A stretch of DNA of 64,000 bases from Amoebophrya sp. A120 (lineage: Eukaryota; Protista; Dinoflagellata), in assembly GCA_905178155.1 (NCBI GenBank), contig CAJINV010000005.1:5615469-5679468 (forward strand), written 5' to 3'. The position numbers and the translations under genes are program-made. Positions 22,429 to 35,189 of the stretch are shown one piece after another. Positions within the stretch are counted from its first letter, which is position 1; each line of letters opens with the position of its first letter. Under the pieces are notes generated by a model. That model worked only from the letters and a program-made list of their open reading frames with translations. It was not told where the DNA came from and did no database searches.

Positions 22429-23812
22429 TGTTCGTTTACTTCATAATAAATCATGCTCCTGCAGATGGCTATAAATAGAGTAATCTTCTTCAAACAACTT
22501 TCCAGACCCAGAGATTTCATTGTGTAGTGTCGCTGCAACACAAGAAAAAGAATCGTTATGTGAAGCACCATTTGTTAACGTACTAGAGAAAAACTTTGGA
22601 AGATGAAGACGAGAATTGCCATGCGCGTGCTCCCGGTAAATTCTGTGCCAAATATACGTGATGTTTCTGACCAGCACTTTGCCGAGAGCATTCGTTCGTC
22701 TGCGCGCCGACGGACTTGTGGGCCGCAAAAAAGGCACTATCGGTCATCTTTTTTTCCGTGCAAACCGTAGATAATTGTCCTGACTCAAAAACCTGAGAAA
22801 TTATTTATATTTTACATCGTACGAAATAAATCGTGCGCAAGAACAACAAGAAGGCAGCTGTCACGTCATCGTCAAGGGAAGAAAAAACTGTCATTCGGTA
22901 CGTTTATTCGTGGACGTAACAAGGAAATTCGTGGTAGCGTACAAAAACTCGAAGCTCTTTCCAAATCGGTTGAAAGAAGAAGTTGTCAGCACGACATATC
23001 TAGTAGACAGAGTTTGGTTACAAATGGAAACCTCAACAGGTGGTGATGTTTTTCTACCTCCCCCATAGATGACCATTCCCCATACTAGAGGCGATAGTAG
23101 TGCGAGGAGAGGTCGCTGGCGCTAGGCCGCGCCGCCGAAAGAGGTGGACGCACCATCGTGTTTCTAATTTATTTTCATGTAGTTCATATCCCGTGTATAC
23201 TAAAGTTTAAGTTTTACATTTTCTTTTTACACTATTACTTGCTGCAACACAAACTGGACCTGGAAGTAAAAAACCGCTCTGAAGCACGACCCCACCGTGT
23301 GTAGTTACCGAAGCGGCATAGGTGTTTCCCAACATAAATTTCATCATTGTAGTCCCCCGTAGTAGTTTTGTACCCGTAATTTCAGGGCGACGTCCTGCAT
23401 TCGATTCTGTAGAACGACTTGTACGTAAAGGAACAAATTACAAAAAAAATCCTGACTGGGGAAGAATTTTTGCAACCCAAGAAAAACTTTTAGCTTCTTT
23501 GAATCTGTAACTCACTGCATCTCATCAGCGCCTTTGTGTCCTTGTTGAACCTCGGGGGCCACTGGTGGAGGTGGTAAACAAACAGAGGTACTAGCTAGTA
23601 GTAACATTTCGCATAAGTAGCCCGTCGTGGAAAAAAACATCATGGCAGAGAGTAGCTGCACCAGTACCAGTAGCAGCGACAACTACAACGTGGGCAGCAC
23701 TGCATTCGTGGAGAGAATCAGCAGTACTAGTACAACGCAAGATCTAGGTCTTCGCGATGTCGGTGTTGAACGACAGGATATTTTTTTTTCATCACATTTT
23801 CCCCTTCCATAC

Positions 23813-24245
23813 CCCCCAAGACCGACTTGCCACGCACTTCATCGGTAATGGCGCCACCGCTCGGGATTCCTCCACGGAGGCAATGGAGAAATTCAACCAC
23901 GGCCAGCTCTACGACTGCGCCATCGACTGCTGTGGCGTGGCAAGTGCGATTAGCTGCGCGATCCACAGCACAAAACCGGGAAAAAGGGTGGTTTTGGTCG
24001 GGATGGGCGGGAACATGTCGAACATACCCTTGATCGACGCAAGTATCCGGGAGGTGGATCTGGTGGGCGTTTTCCGGTACCGCTACACCTACGCGACGTG
24101 CATTCAAATGCTCGCGGAGAAAAAAATCGACGTGTCAAAGCTGATCACGCACAAGTTTCCGTTCAGTCAGGAGGGCGTGGAAAACGCGATGGAGCATTGT
24201 AGGACGGGGAAGGACGGGTGTGTGAAGGCGATGTTGGAGTTGTGA
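23813..24245 (+). CDS. Duplicated, intact, intron-free C-terminal exon of the sorbitol dehydrogenase (partial gene or alternative exon)
   Basis: [58 protein letters not shown]; mostly synonymous differences from copy 1. Confidence 0.7.
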
Positions 24246-25309
24246 CTTGTGTTTGAATGAATACTAAATAGATACTTCTTCGTGCTTCAGGAGAAGATCA
24301 CATTTATTGATGAGCATGCACCAAACAAATCATGTACTACGTGCAATAGACAATGACATATCACATCAATGTTGTGAAGCGCATGCGGTAGAGTAGAAGA
24401 AAACAAAAAAACCGAATGTTGCCTGCTGCGCTTCTACTGCTGGAAGCTTTGGCAGTAAGGACGATAGCCATGGAGCCGACCACCGCGTGTAGCCATCTGG
24501 AGCTGTCTGTAACTCTAGCATTTCAACATCAACAAGAAAGGCACTATCGGTCATCTTTTTTTCGTGCAAAGCGAGTTGTCCTGACATAAAAACGAAAACC
24601 TCGTCCTGACAAATTATTTAATACATCGTAAATTATAGTGCACAAGAAGAACAACAAGAAGGCAGCAGCTGGTGCCATGTCATCGTTAAGAGAAGAAAAG
24701 AGTGTCAGTCGGTACTTTTTTCTCGTGGACGGAAGAGCAAAGAAATTCGTGCTAGGGTACAAAAACAACTCGACTTTTCCAAATCGGTTGAAGCAAGAAG
24801 TGTGCAGTACCACATAAAAATAGCGAGACAGCGTTAGTTTCGTCACAGAAAAATCGAAACCTCGACTACAGGTGGTGTCGTTTTTCTACCTCCCGCCCTA
24901 TAGACCTACCACCTTTCCCCCATTATACTAGAGGCGATAGTAGTGCGAGGACAGGTCGCTGGCGGTAGGCCGCGCCGCCGGAAGAGGACGCACCATCGTG
25001 TTTCTAATTTTCCATGTGCATGTAGATCATTGCCATCCCGTGTATACTAAAGTTTTACTTTTTCTTTTTACACTATTAATTGCTGCAACACAAACTGGAC
25101 CTGGAAATAAAAAACCGCTTTGAAGCACGACCCCCCCACCGTGTGTAGTTACCGAAGCGGCATATTAGGTGTTTACCAACATAAATTTCATCATCGTAGT
25201 CTTTTTAAACCTCGGAGGCCACTGGCGGAGGTGGTAAACAAACAGAGGTCGTAGTAACATTTCTCATAAGAATAAGTAGCCCGTGGTGGAATTGGAAAAA
25301 AAAAACATC

Positions 25310-28300
25310 ATGGCGGAGAGTAGTTGCACCAGTAGCAGCGACAATTACAACGTGGGCACTGGAACTGGTGCTGCAGTCGTGGACAGCATAAGGAGCACTA
25401 CAACGCAAGATCTAGGGCTTCGCGATGTCGATGTTGAACGACAGGATATTATGCAGCTGCAGACAACATCTGGAGACTCTCGTCGGGAAGAAGTAGAGGA
25501 GTCGTGCCGGTCAGCATCATCCTCTACAGGAGCTCCTCCGTCTGCAATATCAAAAATGAGCACCACGACGACGACGAAACAAACCCTGTTGACACCACCT
25601 GCGATAGCGACATCGACACCACAGAATATCAAGCAGGGCCTCGACCTCTATCAAGTGCAAAAGTGTCTGGGTCTGGAAGGATGTAACTTGTGATGCGCAT
25701 TTCAGAACACACAAAAATCTCTGATGCATAGGCAGCAAAAGCTGCTCACTTTCTGTCACCAACATGGCGGATTTGATGTCATGCGGATTCGGCATTGCGG
25801 AAGCTTCTCGAAACCTGTGACGCTAGAGCTTCCATGCCGGGCCTTCTGTGTCATGCAGAAACAGCATGACTCTTCCAGACCCAGACACTTTTACATTTGA
25901 TAACCTCCTCTGGACTACGAATCTCCCAGACGGCGTTCTGGTCGAGATTTTCGAGTTTCTCGACCCTTTGTCGAGTTTGTACTTTCTCCAGGCGAATTGC
26001 ACCAGTAGCACCGGCGGTTTTGGCTCGTTTTTATCGCCGGAGAGAGGACGAGAACAGGAAGGTCTTCAGGATGTTCCTGGCGGGGGGACACCAAACGGCA
26101 ATAAACTCCTGCCCAACTTCGGCATCAACTTCGTGACCACGAACAATATCTCGTCGCTCCAAAGGTGCCTCTCGAACGGCGACGTGGTGAATTTGAGTGT
26201 TGCTCCGACGGCGGCAGACCTGGTGCAGCTGGTGCACCAGCACGGTCAAAGAACAGCAGTCCAGACAGCAGCAGAGAATTTGCAGACCGGGTTCTTCGGA
26301 GCAAGTGCAAGTTCCCTGGAAGACAACGCTAAGTCAACCGCAAGTACGGTATCCACATCCGCAGCTGTCACGACGACAAACTCCATCTCGACGACTTGTT
26401 CTGGTGCCAGTGGATCATCATCTTCGATGTCGTCCTTTCATCTTCACCTTTGTTCCACGATGAGTCCAATGTCCGCGAAAAGTCCGATTAGCAGTGTCAT
26501 GGAGCTCTCACCGGAGTTGGAGCCCGCTTCCGCAAGTGCAACAACTCCATCGGCAATAAAACAAGCATCCACGACCTCGTCGACCTCCGGGACGACCACG
26601 ATGAAGGCGACGATCACTCTACCGCTGTCCCATTTCGAAACGGGGATTGTGCCGGTGCCAGCGAAATTGCCGCTGCTGAAGTCGTTGCACATATCGGAAA
26701 TTTCTCTGCTGGATGAGAATCAGGATCTGGACGAGTTGCAGTGGCTGATTGAATATGAATTGCAAAAGCATCGCACTAGCATAAACTGCATTACAAGTTG
26801 TCTCAGCATGAAAAGTTGACTTTGTAATGCTGTTTTACCTTGGAACGGAAATTTGTCATGCATGCCTGCAATTAGTACGAGTGCGATACTTTTGCAATGC
26901 ATATTGAAGAGAATTCGTACTTGACAGAGATCAAAATCGGCGGACAATTGGAATTTCTGCGGGCGGTGAACAGTTCGGATTGTTCTTCCAGCGAGAAGAA
27001 AGACGAAACTGCTCCTGCTGCTGCTGTCAAGAATTGTTCGCCAGCAAGCGCGGCGGCCTCCAAAGTAGAACAAAATAACAACTCTACAACTACCACGACG
27101 ACGACCCAATCCTTGCTGATGGAGCGTCTCGCAAAGCTGCGTACCTGGTTCGAGAGGAATTTTGAAAGGTCGATTGAGCTCAAAAAGGAGGAAATCAAAG
27201 CCCAGGCTGCGTTTTCAGCGTTGTCTCGGACCGTGTCCCGCGAAATAACAGGAGACCATCCTGTAGTTCAGGCGGGCAATAATAAAAATTCGCCGAGTGA
27301 TCATGATTCTCTTTCTCCTGTGGATGATGATCATGCTCTTGACCAACACAACTTTTACAACGGTCAAATGACGTCAACCACTGGTGCAGCTCATCTCTCC
27401 CGAAGCAAAAACCCTTCTTCGCACTTCTCCTCGTTAGCCGATCTCCACACGTCGGCTGCCGCGTACGCGTCTACGGCGACGGGGGAGGAAAACAACTCGC
27501 TGCATCTGAACAACACGGCTTCGGAGCGGTATTTCGATACTTCGGCGAGTTCAGATGAGGAGGTGGTGACAACACAGTGTATCTTCGTGATGAACACGAG
27601 AGAAGATGGCGAAGATGAGGAGCTGCTGTGGGAAGATAGCGCCGACATGGTCGTGGAAGACAAATCGAAATCGTCTCTGCTATCGTTTGAGAACAAGAAG
27701 AACGTCGACCAAGTGATTTGCGTGGAGGATGTTGACAACTTGTCGACAACTTCTGCAGCCTTTCACAAGCTCACCCGCAGCATTCCGACAATGAACACAG
27801 CCACAGCCTCAAGTAGTTTATCCGGAAGCAAGCTGAATTACCTCGTGAAGCGCACCCTGGAAAAAGCTTCTTCCGGAACTGGGTCCAAGGAATCGCTCGG
27901 GAGCGACGGCCCTTCCAACAACTACTGTAACTCCGGCAGTTACAGTGCGTTTGCCTTCTCCCCTTTCGCACGAGGAAGCAATGAGCAATCCACCTTGAAC
28001 CAAACGAAGAGCACGATGGCGCCACACTCCTACGGCGATTTGTTGCAGCAACAGCATTCACCATTGAAATCCGCTACCAGTGGTAATTCGCTTCTGAAGC
28101 ACGTCCCGAGTTACCAAGACGTGAAGAAAAAGTTAAAGCAGCGGCTGGGCGGCGCTGTCCTTTCGGAACCTAAGAACATGGAAGTAGAAGGACAGCAAGA
28201 AAGCATCAATCAATTTCCTGGCGAAATTCAGATTGACGAGGAGACCTTGCTAAAGACGACTTCGAGATACAGTGACAAATATGAGAAGCAAAACATCAGC

Positions 28301-29671
28301 TCCTCTTCCCGCAACACAAATCCACCTGCGACCCTGAATTACGATGTGACCGTTCCGGCCTGTCTCCTCCAATCCCTCGGGGTTAACAACAACTGCCAGA
28401 AGCTGCAGCAGCTCACGCTTTTCCAAATCAAGCCGGAGTCGCTGCTCGGTGTGACGAGAATTTTCTTACCCGAGTTGCTCAAATTGTCCATTCAGTTCAT
28501 GCTGGAATACCGGCCGAACAACAAACCCTACATTTGGAACTACAGCAATCTGTTCGAAACCCCGAAGATCCAGGATCTCCAGCTCGAAAACGTCTCTGCC
28601 AGGCAGGTTTTCCATTTAAACCTCGAGAACAACCAGATACGCGGGGACTTGATTTCCGATTTCCCGCGGGTGACCGGCATAGCGCAGCTGCTGGAACGGT
28701 TGGATCTGGAGGGGAATTTGGAAAAATTCCGGGTGTTTAAAACGAAGCGAATGTGCTTATTACCGGAGGAAGCCGCTGACGTTTTGCGCTTGTTGGCGGG
28801 GAGAGGACGAGGGGAGAATGTCGGGAGTGTTTTGACGCCGAGGGATTTGGTGTTTGATTCAACAGACAGTGATAGTGAATTACAACCAGCGGTCGAAGAA
28901 CCTGGAGTTTGTTTTCCTCAGACGATCAGCGAAGAACCTCGTCCCCAGGGGACACCATTAGACAATTGCCCACCACCAGCAGCACCACCAACAACTACCC
29001 TGTCCGATTCCGACATAGAGCACAAGAATAAAAAGCCCTCCAAGCGACCTCCCGACAATTCCCTGGAGCTGATTTCCTTCGTCTGCCATCCGAAGATCAA
29101 CATAACCTCCGTTCAGGAACTCATCAAGATCCGGATTGGCCTGCAACTCCCCGCGTTCGGGGCACACAAAAACGGGATTACCGCGTCGAAGCAGTGGCCC
29201 AAGAACTGGCCGAGCCTGAAAACAATGTACCCAAGAGGGAAATACCAAATCACCGGGTTTAACGTGTTTCAAACCGACTTTGTTTTCTCGGAATTTGAAG
29301 ACGTGGAAGACGCGGCGGTTGAGTGGCGGAAGTTGATATGCGTTGCAAATATGTCTGGGTCTGGAAGGTGGCAACTTGTGATGCTGTCTTCGGATTCGAA
29401 AGAAAAATGCATGACTAGAAAGAGGAGACGAGTCTGGGCTGCGCGGGGTGGGCATTTCTCCTTTGGAATATGCATCAGAAAGCTCTCCAAAAATCTGTGA
29501 TGCTAGACCAACATCACAGGCATCAGGGGTCATGGAAAATGTGCATGACAAACGTTTCATTCTTCCAGGCCCAGACATATTTACATTTGATAGTTGAACA
29601 AAGAGGAAAAACAGTTCTTCGACGACCTCAGCCTGAGGTTCAGGCGGAAGCTGCTGTTTGATTTGAGTTGA
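25310..29671 (+). CDS. F-box protein with LRR-like segments; 3 introners
   Basis: Spliced LDLLWTTNLPDGVLVEIFEFLDPLS fits the F-box motif; LPLLKSLHIS, CQKLQQLTL, LPELLKLSI, LERLDLEGN are LRR-like; ORFs join in frame. Confidence 0.72.
25649..25902. mobile_element. Introner family B
   Basis: TIR; ACCTC/ACCTC. Confidence 0.92.
26754..26903. mobile_element. Introner family A
   Basis: TIR; TTGAA/TTGAA. Confidence 0.92.
29337..29592. mobile_element. Introner family B
   Basis: TIR; GTTGA/GTTGA. Confidence 0.92.
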
Positions 29672-30693
29672 TGATCCTGATGTTGATGCAAAAGAAAAAG
29701 TAGCTCCAGTAGGACGAAAAACGCAGAACCTCTGAAGGTGTTTCTAGTTGTGTTTAGTTTTTTGTGAGAATACTCCTGTACATAATTTGTTCTTAATTAT
29801 TCGATTGCATGCTATTTCTTGAAAACGAAATCAAGTTTAGCCCATGCTTCAGAAGTAAGTGATCCAAAGAGCTACAACTCTTGGATCGCTTGGTTCTGAT
29901 GTAGTGTCACATACTTTTTTACCTTTTGTTTTTCCGTTGTACAAATTTGCAAGACAGATCCCGTAGATCTTTTCCTTCTGTACACCAGTTGGAGTTGTGC
30001 AAAGATTTTGTAGCTATCTATCAAATGCATAGACAAGACATTTCTGACCGCAACGAAAGCTCTGTCTTGACTTTCTACTCACGCTCGTTCTGACTCACAT
30101 TTAGTGCGCACTTGTGCACGTGGTGAGGGTAACGACACAACTTTTCTACTTAGGAACAGCGCCATCATGTGCGTCACCAGATGCATTCGGCCGCTGCCTG
30201 GTTTTTTTTTAATTGTGGGTCTGTACAAGAAGAAACAACTACTACGCACGGGTACGGGTAGGCGCTTTTTATGTTTACTCTCTAAACAACAGTACACTTT
30301 AGACAAAAAAAGTAGACTTGGAGTTGTTAAGCATGTGGTAACATACATAGAAACAATAGTGCCGCGGTTTTCAAGGGAAAAGATAAAGAAAACAAAAAGC
30401 GGCTGGCACATCGTAATTCCACTTCTAGCTACAGTAATGGGAAAAACGGTTGCGGAAGATTTACTCCTGTAACTAGTGGACGTTCATAGAGTGCAAAGGC
30501 ATTTTTCGTCGACATGCTTCTACACTTAGTTAGGTTTTTTCTTTCACTACACGATGCGCGCCTTTGCTCAGTCTACTGTCACTGTATACACATCACATTC
30601 ACACTTTTTTCCCCAAAATACGTACCTTGCTCTGGCGAGAACGAAATTGTCATGCATCACGATAGGACAAGCACGAGCCAGTCAGTTTCCCTG

Positions 30694-32400
30694 TTGCTGC
30701 GGTCTACCAGGCGTGGAACGCGAGCTGGGATTTGCTTTGGCTTTTTTGGAACGAGGATGATATATCGAGAATGAAATTGCGATCATTTGTACCTTTGTAC
30801 ACCATTACGACCAAATTGGAGGAGATGTAACTACATCTTGAAAACAAATAATCGACAGCTGCACCGGTCTCAGACAGTCAGAGGCGGTGTCATTGTCGCT
30901 CCTCAGGGTGGCAAGTTACTCTTTGTTCTTGCAATTTGTATCGATCTTGGTGTTGGACGAGTGCCAGGCAGGGTCAGAGCGACCCATGAACAAGGAGCGA
31001 AAAAAATCTGAAGGAAAGCACACAGATGCCTTGTGACTCTGCCGAGGACTTGCTGTCGGAGATGAGTGATGTTGTGCAGCTGGAGAAGAAGACGATAGAT
31101 ATTTTAATCTTTGTTGTGTGATGTTGATGGAGCGCATTAGCAATTTGTCGGTGTGCTGCTTGGGCCCTGGTTTCTCTTGCAGAAACGGCCGAGGCCGGTT
31201 GTTACTAACCGACCCGCCTGCTCAGTTTGGGCCGGCGCGCGCTGTTTCGTGCGCACGGCCGCCGTGCTTACCTTCGACGACGGGCGCGCGCCTTTGCCCT
31301 CTCGCGCCAGCCTTCGGCCTCTCGTTCTATCTCGGGCGCCCGATTTCTCCGAGACATGTCCAACCCACACCGCACGCGCGCCCCCGAGCGAGGGCCCGAC
31401 GGACGGGGCCCATGAAGCTGGAGGACATGCCGGGGCGCGCGCACAACGTCAACAACGGGGCCCGGGTTGAAGCCGGGAAAGGCAAAAACTGGGCGCGCGC
31501 CGCGGGCCGCCTGCTCGTCCAGTGTTTTGCCCTGTCTTCCTTTGCCAAAAATCGGGGCGCCTTTTCTTTCGTTTGGGCCCCTCCTTTTGGCGCCGGGCTT
31601 GCACGGGCCTGCTACCTACTTGAAGAGCAGGATCGTTCGATGGAGCCGGGCCGGACGGCTAAGGCCTACCTAGCGCGGGCATCAAGCCAGTGCCTTGCAC
31701 GCCGGCCCAGGCGGCCGGCGTTTGTGCCTGCCTGTGGCAGTTCTAGTGTTGGGCAGGGTAGCCTGGAAGACGCAGGCTCGCCTGAGGGGCGCAGGCAGAG
31801 GCCGCGCGCTTCTTTCCGACCGGCTGCCAGTCTGAGAGCTTCTGTCCTGGCCCTGAGAGAGCCCTTTGACAAAGCTTGGGCGTGCTCATGCCGCGGTCTA
31901 CCAGGCGTGGAACGCGAGCTGGGATTTGTTTTGGCTTTTTTGGGACGATGAACCGAGAAACTACGATCATTTGTACACCATTACGACCATCTTGGAGGAG
32001 ATGAAACATCTTGAAAACAAACAGTCCACAGCACCGGTGGTCTCAGTCAGACAAGCGGTGCTTTATCTGTCGCTCGGGCACGGGCTCGCTGTGGTAAAAA
32101 GTTACTTTCTGTTCTTGCAATCTGTATATTTCCATGTTAGACGAGTGCCAGACCTGCTCAAGAGGGATAGAGTGACTGCAAGATACAACAAGGAGCGCAA
32201 GTGGTTTAAAAGAAACAGCACAGTCACAGAGATCATGGTGCTCTCTGACTCTGAGAGAGCCGAGGACTTGCTGATGATGACGAGTGATTTTGTATTGGAG
32301 AAGATGATGCTGCTTGGTGTTGATGGAGAGCGTGTTGAGCATTCAAATTTCATTCGCGTGTATTGCCGGGACGAGCATTGTTTTCTTTCTCAGAAACGGC
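30694..32400 (+). repeat. Two diverged ~500-bp copies (30694-31190, 31888-32400) of an unknown coding-like segment separated by a GC-rich block
   Basis: gcggtctaccaggcgtggaacgcgagctgggatttg..tgtacaccattacgacca..catcttgaaaacaaa..cagaaacggc in both; copy 2 is open (ORF 31866-32405), copy 1 is frameshifted. Confidence 0.8.
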
Positions 32401-35189
32401 GTTGACAGGAGCCAGCGCCACCCTATTCAGCTTGTTGGGTCGTTCCCAATGTTTGCGCGGCCGCGAGCAGATTCCTGCGTGGGTTCGCAGACGCCGAACG
32501 GATCATGGATTGGCGCGCGCCCGTAGTTTCGCAAGGTTTGTGCCCGCCATATTCCTGTGGCCGTCCGGGTGCATGGAGCCGCGAACGCAGTCCATGGATG
32601 CCCGCGAAGGAGTTGCAGAGCCGACGAGGAAGGCGACGCGCCGCAGGCCCGGCCGCCGCGCCCCTGTTTCGTGATGTGTCTGCTGGGTTCGGCCCCTTCC
32701 CATTGTGCCCCCGGCGTCGGTGCCGGGCGCGGCCGTGGTGTCTGAAGACGCGGGGCCGGGCCGGCAGGGCTTCGCCCGCAACATGTAGCCGCGCCGCGTG
32801 TTGCTGTCCGGCGCTGTCGGCCTTCGCTTTGGCGCTGTGCGCAGCGTCCCGCGCGTGTTGCACCAGTTTGCCGGCGCAGGCATTTTGGCCAGCCGGGCTG
32901 GCCCAGCCGTTGGCACTCACTTTCCGGCCCCCTCCGTTTTCGGGTTGGACCGATTGGCCAGCGTGGGGGTGGGGGCGGGGCGGGGGCCTCGCTCTTTCAT
33001 GAGTCAGCGGTCGGCGCGCAGGCAGGGGTCGCGATCTTCTGTCGGCCTTGCCCGCAGCCAAGCTCGTTGCGTGATTCCTGGCGGGTTGCCGCGTTTTTTG
33101 CGGCCGCCGCTTGCAGATCCGAGCAGGCTTACAGGAGACGAAGTACCTTACTGAAGACAAGCAGCACCAGCATGCAGGCGAGGAAAGCTGCGCCGGTCGC
33201 TGGCGTGCGGCGTTCTTCTTCTTGTAGCTCAGGGTAATTGAGTGCGACGCTACGTTATTGTTTTCTTTCATGGTTTTTCCATATGGGAGGTTTTTTGATC
33301 ATGTTGGACGAGATGAGCCAGACCTGAAGAGGTGAGTTGTAGATAAGTGAATACAAGGAGGGAGCGTGGGTCAAAAAGACCAAAGCGACTGCATCTAAGT
33401 TAGTAGAAGCTGCTTTGTTGAGCTTATTGTGCAATCGTCAGAAAGATAGCTTCTCTGTGGACCACGCGGGCGCTTTCGTGGTGTTCCCGGTGTCATTATG
33501 GCGCCGCGTGTTTCTGTTGTGTCTTCGATTCAGGAAGCATGTAGCGCGGGCGCGGTATTCTTTGGAACATCAGCAGGGGGCAAAGCGCGACGACCACCAC
33601 CAGCGCCGTGGCGATCCGGTCGCCATCGGTTGGCAGATCGCAGGAAGACTACTTGCAACATGGGGGCCGGGCGCCCAGTCTGCGAGCGCGCGGGCCTATG
33701 CCTGCGAAACGTGCGTGGCAGCGTGCGCAAGGATAGCCACCCCAAAAACATTCTCCACGAGCGTCCAGCAAGGAAGGACAAGCGGAACAAGGTCAACGCG
33801 AGCCGGGAAAGTGAGGACAAGCAGCGCGCGCGCCGCCCCGTCTCCTGTGTGTTCGTCTTATGCGCGGCCGGGCGGATGCAGGCGCACGCGCGCAGGCACG
33901 CCCGCGCCCTCGCCGCCGGCCGGGCGGCCGGCGCGCGTCGTGTGGGCCGTGGCGCGCGCGCCCGCGGTTTTTTGTTGCAGCTGTCCGCGTGGTCCGTGGT
34001 CCCGCGGTTTTTTGTTGCAGCTGTGCCCCCCCCCCGCCTTGGACCCCGGTGGGCCCCTCCGCCGGCGGCTCCGCCGGGGCGGGGGGGGGAACGAATGGGG
34101 GATGGTGTGCAGCCTCCTGTCTCGCCCGCCCCCGGCTAAGGCCTGGCCCTTTTTTGTAAGGAAGCCCGGCCGGCCTCTCGCCGCCCGCCCGTGTTGTAAG
34201 TAAGTGACAGGCGTCCGCGGCCCGGGGCTTGTTGGGCCGGCGCGCGTGGGTTGCACCTCCGTACAGCCTGGCGCGCTGCCTCCGGCCGGAGACCCCGCCG
34301 TGTCTGTGTGGCGGATATGTGTCGCCGTTGCACAGGAGTCTGGAATGAGTCCCCCGCCGAGGTCTTGGTAGTATTACTTGATGGCGCTCTTCCACGTATC
34401 AATTATCTCCGTTGTTGGGTGACAGAGTTAGATTGTCGAAGCCCGTTTTTCCACCTTGTGTGACGAGTATCTATCTGTCTCGCATGTGTCGACCGCTTCT
34501 TGGCCGATCTTCGTGTTCCTCCGTGTATTGCGTCCGTCAAGTGGGGTCCCGAAAATGCGAATTGTCAATGTGGATAAAAAGTCCGGATCGAGGACATGAC
34601 CATGAGTAAAAATTTGTCACTGATTCTATGGTGTAGAAATTACTCCACTAAAGTGAGATTTTTGATTGATGAAGATCTTGTTCGTGGTATTGAGAATGTA
34701 GTTTCGAGCCCGAGGTTGAGGATCGAAAAGAAGAAAATACAAGCCAACAACATGATCAATCACGATGATCATAAGTACCGATACTGAAATTCACATAAGT
34801 CGCGCTGCTGGATGCGATCAGGAAATATGCGAGCAGCGAGATCCTCTTTTACATTTTACCTCCGACGCAGATCTTCAAATTGCTCTGTTGTGTCCATCCA
34901 ATGAATCTATCCGTCTCCTGTTTTGGCAATGATACAAAGAAATCGCATTCGTATTTCTTGGTGCGACAGATCGTAATCGATGAAAATACGCGCTGACATC
35001 ATTACAGTGAAACTCTTCCTAGTTGAAGTGGCGCTCTTTTTCAGTATTCGGCACAGTAGAGGGATGTTGAAGAAACAGAAAGCTCGGACGTGTATGTCAA
35101 GAATGTATGCTCTTTACGTTCTTGTGATCATCTTGTAGATTCACCAACATTTTTCAGGTTGTCATATCGTTTACAGAACTACAGAAATC

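Larger units (their letters stand above)
21688..25449 (+). repeat. Diverged tandem segmental duplication (SORD 3' end, intergenic DNA, start of F-box gene)
   Basis: Unit 1 ~21688-23781 and unit 2 ~23782-25449; both end gttgaacgacaggatat; shared blocks such as atactagaggcgatagtagtgcgagga. Confidence 0.9.

Noticed and set aside
23642-23848. Chimeric F-box/SORD fusion gene at the duplication junction
   Set aside because: The duplicated MAESS start is out of frame with the duplicated dehydrogenase exon
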